Below, one piece after another: positions 40,131 to 49,795 of a DNA stretch of 64,000 bases. A program made the position numbers and the translations under genes. The stretch comes from Octopus vulgaris. Lineage: Eukaryota. A model generated the notes under the pieces. It was not told the origin of the DNA. It made no database searches and saw only the letters and a program-made list of their open reading frames with translations. Location of the stretch: positions 99,510,001 to 99,574,000 of the forward strand of contig OX597822.1 in the NCBI GenBank assembly GCA_951406725.2. The letters are read 5' to 3'. Within the stretch, counting starts at the first letter, position 1, and each line of letters opens with the position of its first letter.

Positions 40131-40590
40131 TCCTTTAGCATTCATATTTCTGTCAAATATAATGCAAATTTATTCACATCATCTTAAATTATTCATACAT
40201 TAACTCATAGCTTTGATATTTTGATGATGTGATTGTTTATATTTAGAATGGCATAGTAGGATAGGTGTGAGAGTCCTGATATGGGTAGTTTGAACATAAA
40301 ACATGTAGAATATTTGGGCTGGATATGACCAGTTTAAACGCTAATGGATTAAATATGATACACAGTGGTCACTTTAGTTACTATATTGCTGTTGAAAGAC
40401 ACTGTCTACATTTTAATTAATTTTGTAAATGATTAAGACTTTAGTAAAAAATAATTTTGGCTTTATTTAAACTGGTGTTTGGAATATAAGTTAATATGAA
40501 ATTCTGATGGAAGGTTTTAATTTAAATCACTTTAAAACAGGAAGCTTGCATTATAGACAGTCTCAGGCAGGTTGGTATCAAAAGGTTGAA
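40131..40590. mobile_element. MITE M2 (40131-40348) followed by M1b
   Basis: TTAA flanks and family motifs. Confidence 0.8.
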
Positions 40591-40662
40591 ACAGAAATAA
40601 CCAGCAGCATTGAGTTATCTCTCCTTAGATCAATGTCCATTTTACATTTGACATTTTAAGAG

Positions 40663-40702
<40 letters not shown>

Positions 40703-41179
40703 ACATAAAAACACATAGCAAGTCGTTTCAAGCTCCAGCCCATGTGGTACCATCACTACTATAGCTGCAGTTTGACCAAAGCTTTGAGAGTCACATGTAG
40801 AAAAAGCACATCGAATATATTATATGTGTTTCAGTGTTTGTCTACTCACGTTTTCATGTTGGGACTGATACAAGATTATTGTCTTCTATTTACACTTCCA
40901 TAACATGTTCCACAGATTGGTGAATTTTGTTGGTTTTGATGTGTGGAAAACCAGTGGAACAAAAATACCTACCTTGGTAAACAAGGCTTGGCAACAGGGC
41001 AGGCAACTGGCCATAGGATACTACCAGACTATGTCACAGCCAACACATGGTAGCATGGAAAAACAGATGCAATACTATACGATACATGTGCACACACATA
41101 CAAGTATATATAAACACATATACATATATACCTCTATACACACATGCATACACACAATCATTTGTCTGTGCATGTATAT

Positions 41180-41555
41180 GTGAGCGTGTGTTACCATTTT
41201 TTACCCCTCCTCGAAAAGATCTCAAAATTTTAATTGATTTGCTTTTCGCAGGAAGGAAAGTTTCTTGTCGAAGATACGTCTCGTTTTCACCTTCAAAACG
41301 TAGAGTAGATGAAACCATAGCGACTGTTGAAGGGGTTTTTTCTTTGTGTTAATTGTCCTGTACTCCATTTTTTTATTGTTTAAAAAAAAAGTCCAGTTCC
41401 TTGGGTTTGTGTCTATGTTTTCGTTTCTCATTGTGTTCGACGTCTTTTTGGTGTCCTGTACTCATATATGCGTGTATATGTACATGTAGAGGTAGGTATG
41501 TACATATATGTTTATATATATGCATATGTTTTATTTATTAATTTTTTTATTAATA
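41180..41555. mobile_element. Penelope-like or unclassified repeat remnant in a microsatellite
   Basis: CpG-rich island between (TG/TA) tracts, with a hammerhead-like variant motif at 41263-41305. Confidence 0.4.
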
Positions 41556-42634
41556 TATATATATATATATATATATATACAAAAGAGACCAACAAAACAA
41601 TTTTTTCTTCTTTCTCTCCCTTCCTTTCCTTCTTTTTTTTTAACACACTTTTCAGATACAAAAACACACATACACACACACATGCTCTCTCTCACTTTCT
41701 CCCCATTCATCACCCTCTTGTACTATCTCATATCCCTCCCCACCACTACACACTCAATAACACTATAAAAATGGTCAATTTTTCCCCCAGAACTTAGTTC
41801 TATTTGAAAACTCCACTAGAATGGACAAATGCGCTAATATATGACATATGATGTATAAAAACATGTAATATACAAATAAATATCTGTAAATATAAAACCA
41901 TCCGAATTTCTGAGTACCTCATTTCTTCTAATATAAAATACCTGTACATCATCTCCAAACCTTCTAATATATATATATATATATATATAGATAGATAGAT
42001 AGATGGTTATAGACACATACATGTATACATAATACACATATATATCTTACTTGTATTTATATGCATTGCATAAAAGTTTTCTCAATTTAGTTTTGTTCAA
42101 ACTTCCTAATTTCGGTTCACTCAATTTAATTAAAGAAGAAACAGAGAAAAACACAAAACGCATTCTCAAAAATATTACACATTAAAATTTTATTTGGTGA
42201 CAGAGAAGTTATTATTTGCATGTACAATTTCTTTAGAATATTTCTGAAAATGTTTCCACTTTTCTATTTAATTACTCAAGACATACTTTGTCAATTTTTC
42301 TTTGATATTTTTAAATCAACAATTTTGATAAATATACATTACATAATGAGAAAAGAAAACAAATTTATAAGTATTTATTTTTCAAATTAAGCTTTCCTTT
42401 TATTTTTCACTTTAGCTTTTTAATGTTTATTTCTATACAATTCTCTACAAGACCTTCTTAATGTGCATCCAATTTGTGTATTGAATTCACTATTACATAA
42501 TCATCATCACCCACACTTTAACCACTATGTTAGTATGAATAACTGCATGAAAATGCATGTCAGTCCTTTGTTTTTACCTAAATTTTATTTAATTTCAGAC
42601 ATTTTCTATATTAGTTTTTTAACATCCTGACATA

Positions 42635-43205
42635 TACATTCATCATCATTTTTTCATTTTTTTTACTGTCCACTTTTCCATCCTTGCACAGACTGGACAG
42701 AATTCATTGAGGTAGATATTCTATGGCTGGATGCCTTTCCAGTTGCCAACCCTCACCTGTTCCAAGTAAGATACCATTTCCTCTTGGCCAGTCATGGATG
42801 TGTATACATGATGATTCATAGATGCCTATCTTAGTTTAATACTGCCTCAATTTCATATACCAGATTTATCTTTCAACTTCTAACTTCAGTCGTTCGACTG
42901 TGGCCATGCTGGGGCACCACTTTGAAGAATTTTTAGCTAAGCAAATCGACCCCAGTACTTTTTTTCTTCTTAATCCTGGTACTTATCCCATTGGTCTCTA
43001 TTACTGAACTGCTAAGTTATGGGGATGTTAAGACACTAACTGCAGTTGTCAAGCTGTGGAGGAGGACAAATATTTCCAAGATTGGAAATGAAAGACACTG
43101 CTTGTATGATGGTGATGCTCATTTACAACCATCACGTGATGTCAAATGCAGGAGACAGTAAAATACCCACCTATGCACAACCATATACATTTACACACAC
43201 ACACA
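42635..43205 (-). mobile_element. RTE-tail SINE interrupted by an inverted copy of 39006-39289
   Basis: Host sequence stops at ggccagtcat and resumes at tatttccaagattggaaatgaaagacactgc. Confidence 0.8.
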
Positions 43206-43214
43206 CACAATGAG

Positions 43215-43432
43215 AGGATTCCAGTTGCTCGTGAAATTAATGTGCAAGTGCTTGAATATTCCACAGACACATGTACCCATAATACAGGGACTACTCCTTT
43301 TTGCTAGTGGACTGGACTGAAGCAACATGAAATAAGGTGTCTTGCATAAAGACGTAACTCATCACTCGGAATTGAACTCATGACCTTACAATCATGAGCC
43401 GAATACCCTAACCACCAAGCCACAAGCCTTCA
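43215..43432 (-). mobile_element. Old CORE-like SINE with tail E
   Basis: Reverse complement of the 24858-25150 motifs. Confidence 0.7.
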
Positions 43433-43452
43433 TATACATAATACACACACAC

Positions 43453-43506
<54 letters not shown>

Positions 43507-44239
43507 CATACAAACATACATATATGCAAAGGGATGGCTGTGTAGTTAGAGGTTTGCTTCCCAAATATTTAGTTCTCGCTTCAGCTGTTTATTTAATGGA
43601 TTATATTTATTTTATTAACTTCAGTAACCACAAATTTATAAGAGACGGAGTGTCAGCAAATGCATTTTCTCTTTTCTCTTACAGTTTGAAAGCCCATTTC
43701 ACCAAATTATAATTTGGTATAATTTCATAATGTTGACATAAATTCAGCAATTAAATTAGAAAGCTAAAAAAACTGATTAATTAAATCAAGAGAAGATTTC
43801 ATGAAGTGAGATGCAAATTCAAACTACACATTTGACATTTTTGAATTTGCACCTCAAATATTTTTTTTTGCTTTCATACAATTCTGCTTAAATAACATAT
43901 GTTATAGGTGTGTACACACACGCGCACTGATCAATTAATGCAGTGGTTCCCAACTTGGGGTCTGCAAAGGTAGTACTGAGTATCCAAAACGTCTCACATA
44001 CTCTACCACAACAACCCAAACTACATCTCTACATCTCTTCACTGCCTAGCTTTTCTATGTCATGCACTATGTTTACCTCCCACTCTCCAATCCTATCCTC
44101 TTGGCCCTGTCCTACTGTATTGTTGTTCTCTGCTAGCCCCCACCGCACGTGTGTTCCACCCACATAGTACCAAGGCATGAGTGTATATGCATACATATAT
44201 ACAAATATTTTATATATATATATACACATATAATAATAA

Positions 44240-44470
44240 TATTAGGGAGTATGATTACAAATTTACAGGGAAAAATTCAATTTAGTAATACTAAATCAAA
44301 TTTCACAATATATAATACATGTATATAAATTAGAGAAGAACCACCATATAGCTTCTAGGTAAATGTTTTATCGTATCTTTAATTTTTTCTATATGGTATG
44401 ATTTAAGTATATCATTGTTGAATTGCTATATGTTGGTTCTTCTCTAATTTATATACATGTATATATATAC
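44240..44470. mobile_element. Penelope-like inverted remnant in (TA)n
   Basis: About 37-bp inverted arms atacatgtatataaattagagaagaacca(c/a)catatagc at 44316-44352 and 44425-44462. Confidence 0.6.
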
Positions 44471-44499
44471 AAAATACAGAATCTCTGTTTCAAATTATT

Positions 44500-44800
44500 A
44501 TTCATTTACTTGTTTCAGTTGACGGCAGCCATGGGTCTTAGTCAAACAAATCAACTCTAGGACTTAATTTTTTTAAGCCTAGTATTTATTCTATCCATAC
44601 CTTTTGTTGAACTGCTAAGTTATAGTGACATAAACACATCAAAACCAGTTGTCAAACAATGATGAGGGGACAAGCAGAGACACAAAGACACACACACACA
44701 TATACAACGGGATTCTTTCAGTTTCTGTCTACCAAATGAACTCACAAGGCTTTGGTTGGCCCAAAGCTATAGCAGAAGACACTTGCCCAAGATGGCATGC
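44500..44800 (-). mobile_element. SINE-B, degenerate
   Basis: Reverse complement of B tail and head. Confidence 0.75.
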
Positions 44801-45209
44801 ATTTACCATACATCCACTATCAACAGTAGCTTGCTTTAAACTTACCCGAAACTCACTGACAATGGTTTCTGACATAGCTAGCCAGCCAGAATTCTCAAAT
44901 CTAAGTCAGAATTTAGCTTGAAAATTTTAAAACACCAATAAACTATCTAACCAAGATAATTGTGTAAAAGTTCATTAAAATAAAATCATTAATGAAACAA
45001 TTAGACAGGTTCCTCATTACATGCTGATTTAATTCAAAATTAATTAATAAAAACAAAAAGCAAATGAAACAAACATAAACACAAGCAAGGATATTTAAGA
45101 TGCAATCTGTGAAAATAAAAGAGCAAACCAGTAAAATGGATTAATATTGTGAAATGAAACTTCAATGATTGATTTGATGCAGTGCTATCAAGCAGAACAG
45201 AATGGTAGC

Positions 45210-45316
45210 AATAGGGTTATTTAGTACAACACGTACAGCAATTACTTTAAAAGGTTAGCTAACAGGGTTATTTAGTAGAAGATGTATAGCGATTACTTTA
45301 GAACATTAGCTAATAG
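45210..45316. repeat. About 51-bp tandem duplication
   Basis: aa(t/c)agggttatttagta...attacttta...ttagct x2. Confidence 0.8.
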
Positions 45317-45830
45317 GCATGGCTGTGTTATTAAAGCTCATTTTACAAACCCATAGATTCAGGTTCAGTCCTTCTGCATGACACCTTAGGTAAATATCTA
45401 TTTCTTTACTACCCACAAGGGGCTAAACACAGAGGGGACAAAACAAGGACAGACAAACGGATTAAGTCGATTAGATCGATCCCAGTGCGTAACTGGTACT
45501 TAATTTATCGACCCCGAAAGGATGAAAGGCAAAGTCGACCTCAGCGGAATTTGAACTCAGAACGTAGCGGCAGACGAAATACGGCCACGCATTTCGCCCG
45601 GCGTGCTAAGGTTTCTGCCAGCTTACCGCCTTTAGGTAAATATCTTCACCTTAGGTAAATATCTTCTACTACTGCACTGTGCTGACCAATGCCTTATGAG
45701 TGAATTTAGTAGATGGAAACTGTGTAGAAGCCCATCATATGTGTGTGCGTATATATGTGTGTGTGTGTATATGTGTTTGTCACACCTACCACTGCTGAAC
45801 AACAGGTGCTGGTTTGTTTAAAGCCCTGTA
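45316..45830 (+). mobile_element. SINE-B with an antisense young SINE-A (45400-45631)
   Basis: TSD ttaggtaaatatct. Confidence 0.9.
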
Positions 45831-46039
45831 AATTATGCACTGTAAGACTACAAACTCATTTAGTTTAGAATCATTGAAAATTAATTAAACTACAAAATAT
45901 GAACAAAATAAAAACCTGATTTCCATCTTCAAGGAACTCAACAAATACAAAAACTATGTCTGAATTAATAAGCAGTTATGAAGAAAAGGAAAAAACTGGC
46001 AAAACTTGTAAGACAATTAAGTGTCTAAGCTAACAATGG

Positions 46040-46160
46040 GGCCATTGAATGTCATGATAAAACAATGGCATGAGAATCCCCTACATAGCCAATACTGGTA
46101 ACAGAGTAGAAGTAGACAAAGAAAATTCCCAACACTGGCTGAGATATAAAAATCACTATA
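46040..46160 (+). mobile_element. Dong/R4-clade LINE ORF remnant
   Basis: KQWHENPLHSQYW...VDKENSQHWLR (cf. WxxKxLHGxY...VDKExSxxWL). Confidence 0.6.
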
Positions 46161-46615
46161 AACTAATTAAATGAGAACATTTAAAACAATAGTGATTATA
46201 GAATTTAATTCGCATATTGTTTCTATGAAAGAATAAAGATTTATTCAAATGAGATGTTCTTTGTACTCTGAACAAAATTAGTTAATCAAGAACTTATTCT
46301 AACAACTTATGATTAAAAAAAAGGCTTCAAACTTCTAAAATTTATTACATTCTCTCAGGCAAATATAGCAAAAAATAAAGTCGTAAGAACTGGAAGTCAT
46401 ATCGATGAAAGCTAAATAATTATTAAATTACCTTTAATTTGAAATGGATAGCTGCAGGCATAGCTGTATGCTTAAGAAGTTTGCTTCCCAGCCAGATGGT
46501 TTTAGAGTTTAGTCCCACTGCATGGTTTCATAGACAACTGTCTTATCCTAGAGCCCCAAGGTAGATCCAAAGTCTTATGAGTGGATTTAGTACATGAAAC
46601 ACATTGTATGTGTAT

Positions 46616-46640
<25 letters not shown>

Positions 46641-46651
<11 letters not shown>

Positions 46652-46740
46652 TAGAGGGAAACCACTATGTGGACACCCTTATGCTAGAAATAGATCCGCT
46701 ATGGTCTTACCATAGCGGATTCCCTCTAATATGTATATAA
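46641..46740. mobile_element. Penelope-like inverted remnant
   Basis: atacatattagaggga / tccctctaatatgtat arms; inner palindrome atccgctatggt-ctt-accatagcggat. Confidence 0.6.
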
Positions 46741-46965
46741 TACAATTTTACTGAACCTTCAGTTTTTTTATATGCTAGACCACTGGTGTGAAATTGATGT
46801 TAATTAAATTAATATCTAATTTCTCACCCCCATTTTAAATATATATATATATATATATATACCGGAGTAAACACATAAATGTGAAACAAGGTGGAAAAAA
46901 GAGTACTCAAATACCAGTGGTAGAGTAATATGCTTTATTTTAAGCAGCAGAAAATTCAACAAAAT

Positions 46966-47003
46966 CTGTTACTCTGAGTTTCTCGTTGCCGTTCATCAGA
47001 CAG
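46966..47003 (-). ncRNA. Minimal type-I hammerhead ribozyme motif
   Basis: CUGU-CUGAUGA-A CG GCAA CG A-GAAA-CUCAGAG-UA|ACAG: stem I 4 bp, GNRA-capped stem II, near-palindromic stem III. Confidence 0.75.
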
Positions 47004-47039
47004 TGTCTGATGAACGGCAACGAGAAACTCAGAGTAACA
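47004..47039 (+). ncRNA. Mirror-image hammerhead motif (stem I 3 bp)
   Basis: UGU-CUGAUGA-ACGGCAACGA-GAAA-CUCAGAG-UA|ACA. Confidence 0.65.
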
Positions 47040-47072
47040 GATTTTGTTGAATTTTCTGCTGCTTAAAATAAA

Positions 47073-47112
<40 letters not shown>

Positions 47113-47764
47113 TATATGTATACACACACACAAGTGTGTGTGTGTGTGTGTGTGTGTATCTGTATGTATCCCCTTGTCTTGACACCACACAATAGTTGTA
47201 AAGAGTGTCACCTTTGTACAAGCAGTGTTGCTAGTTTTCAATCTATTGTGAAAACATGTGCAGACAAGTGGAAATATCAAATGCTTCAAAACAGATGAGG
47301 GTTGACAACAGAAGAAAAAAAAAAAAGGCATCCGGCAATGGGAAATCCACCTCAACAAATTCCATCTGATTCATGCAAGCATAGAGAAGTTGACATTTAA
47401 GACAATGATGATCAAATAGCAGATCTGCATGTAATTTCTTGCATCATTCTAAAACATAAGTACTTATTCTTTTTTAAAGACAGTCATCAGCTAGAATTGG
47501 TAGGCTAGTGGTAATCGACTGAACCAGATTAAATTGGATTACAAATCGTTTAATTAAAGGAATTTCATTTAAATGGATTTTGCAAATGATTTAATTAAAC
47601 ACTTTATTTTTAACATTGTCACATGGACATCCATTTTGGCCAATTAAACAGAGAAGTAGTGAACAATTGCTATGGTAGATTTGGTCATGAAGTTAGTTAA
47701 AAATATGGTAAAGACAGTGTTAACTGTTATGTATATATTAAATATGCATACATATTACATATAT

Positions 47765-48005
47765 ATATAGGGAGAATTCACGAAAAAAAACCAAAGCCAA
47801 AGACAGGTGGTGTAGAGAACAAACAGATGTATTAGTATCACGCTCGGGAATTGATAAAGTCTCTTACATTTTGAGCCTACGCTCATCCACAGAAAGGAAC
47901 ATAGAAAGAAACAAGGAGAGAAAAACAAATGTGTGTAGTGGCTACCGTCGGACAGAAGGGTCACACAGGAGAGCAAAGAAGTAGGGCAGATAACAAAGTA
48001 AAAGT
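47765..48005 (-). mobile_element. Penelope-like remnant in (TA)n
   Basis: Flanked by (TA)n; minus strand ctgtggatgagcgtaggctcaaaatgta is hammerhead-like. Confidence 0.45.
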
Positions 48006-48665
48006 CATATATATATATATATTCATACATACATGTATTTATGTACAATACTGGGTTTATATTTGTGTATATAATATAAGTATACACACACACACACACA
48101 ACTTTTATTGGTATTAATTGTTTCTCTCCACATTTTTCCATCCTATTTCTATGTTGTCCCTCACTTCAATAATATTCCCAATATCAAAGGCACAACCAGA
48201 CAAGCAGTACTATGGAATTTAAAGTCTGTAGACTTTAAATGTGTCAAAACTGCACTAGTAATCTGGTCTCCATAGCATTTCTTTGCCCTTTTCCATAGCT
48301 CACACATATGTGTGCGTGTATGTTCATATTCACATGCCCAGGGTATCTTTTTGTAAATTTGGCAATCCATTTCCTAAAGTCCTGTTAGCCAAAGTGATGA
48401 CAATGACCAGCATCATCACCAATAATGATTAGTGATACATCACCATTGTTTTAACATCCACTTTTCCATTCTTGCAAGGATCAAACAAAGTTCAATGAGG
48501 CAGGTTTCCTACATCTGAATACCCTTCTTGTCCCAAACACTCACCTGTTTCCCATGGCCAGTCATATTTTTCTAGAATATAGCAAATAAATGACACTGCT
48601 TGTATGACAGTGACACTCATTTACAACTAACATGCAATACCAAGACAAAGAGACACAAACATACA

Positions 48666-48738
<73 letters not shown>

Positions 48739-48740
<2 letters not shown>

Positions 48741-49106
48741 AGATAGTGGTGTCATTGAGACCCAAAGGTGTCAGGTAATGCTGAATAAGTGCTATAGACA
48801 GACTATAGTTAAGTTCCTGATTTGGTAATATTGCGAATAAAGGGTTCAACATTGGTTCTATGTCAGCATGTGCATCTAAGAATTTTTAGCGTAATGAGAT
48901 AAAAAAAACAAGGCTGTATAGATATCAGAGCATTTATAGATAGAAGGTCTTACAGCTGTTTCTAGGATATTAATTAATAATATTCCTTCATCGGAGATGT
49001 GTGAGGAAAAATTAATATTCAAGAAACACCTGTAAGACTTTCTATCTATAAATGCTCTAATATCTATAGAGCTTTGGGTTTTTATCTCATTACACAAAAA
49101 ATTCTT
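48739..49106 (-). mobile_element. Penelope-like element end with inverted pLTR arms
   Basis: About 100-bp imperfect inverted arms at 48878-48977 and 49009-49106; abuts (TA)n. Confidence 0.75.
48948..48997 (-). ncRNA. Hammerhead ribozyme motif, variant core
   Basis: UCU-CCGAUGA-AGGAAUAUU/AAUAUCCU-A-GAAA-CAGCUG-UA|AGA; stem III ACAGCUGU is a self-complementary palindrome. Confidence 0.65.
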
Positions 49107-49795
49107 TTATCGACTCGTGGCCTATGCCAGCGCCGCCTCCACTGGCTTCCGGGCCAGTGGCACGTAAAATACACCAATCTGACCGTACGACAGGCACCCA
49201 TGCCAACCCCCTTGCTTGTGAAGACATGTTGGGGCAAGCGAAATCAAAATCGAATTGAACCAGCCAGGATCCCTGGTCTGGTGGTACGTAAAAAGCACTA
49301 TCCGACTCGTGGCCGATGCCAGCGCCGCCTCCACTGGCTTCCGTGCCGGTGGCACATAAAATACACCAATCTGACCGTACGACAGGCACCCATGCCAACC
49401 CCCTTGCTTGCAAAGACATGTTGGGGCAAGCGAAATCGAAATTGAATTGAACCAGCCAGGATCCCTGGTCTGGTGGTACGTAAAAAGCACTATCCGACTC
49501 GTGGCCGATGCCAGCTCCGCCTCGTCTGGCTTCCGTACCGGTGGCACATAAAATACACCAATCCGACCGTGGCCGTTGCCAGCCTCGCCTGGCACCTGTG
49601 CAGGTGGCACGTAAAAAGCACCCACTATACTCACGGAGTGGTTGGCGTTAGGAAGGGCATCCAGCTGTAGAAACACTGCCAGATAAGACTGGAGCCTGGT
49701 GCAGCCTTCTGGCTTCCCAGATCCCCGGTCGAACCGTCCAACCCATGCTAGCATGGAGAACGGACGTTAAACGATGATGATGATGATGATGATGA
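49107..49795 (+). mobile_element. Family C element with a roughly 192-bp unit repeated about 2.4 times
   Basis: tatc(c)gactcgtggcc at 49108, 49299 and 49491; RTE-type tail with (GAT)n. Confidence 0.9.

Larger units (their letters stand above)
46860..47073. mobile_element. Penelope-like pLTR remnant ending in a perfect 141-bp palindrome
   Basis: 70-bp perfect arms at 46933-47002 and 47004-47073; (TA)n on both sides. Confidence 0.8.
46456..47412 (+). mobile_element. SINE-B/RTE-tail copy whose internal microsatellite holds Penelope-like inserts
   Basis: Head at 46456-46610, tail at 47165-47412. Confidence 0.75.

Noticed and set aside
43990-44170. Possible RTE endonuclease N-terminus on the minus strand
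   Set aside because: Similarity is too fragmentary to call
49107-49625. CRISPR-like repeat/spacer appearance
   Set aside because: The spacers are themselves repeated, the context is eukaryotic, and no cas genes are present
49074-49754. 123-aa and 210-aa ORFs with internal repeats
   Set aside because: They arise from the GC-rich tandem units of the family C element
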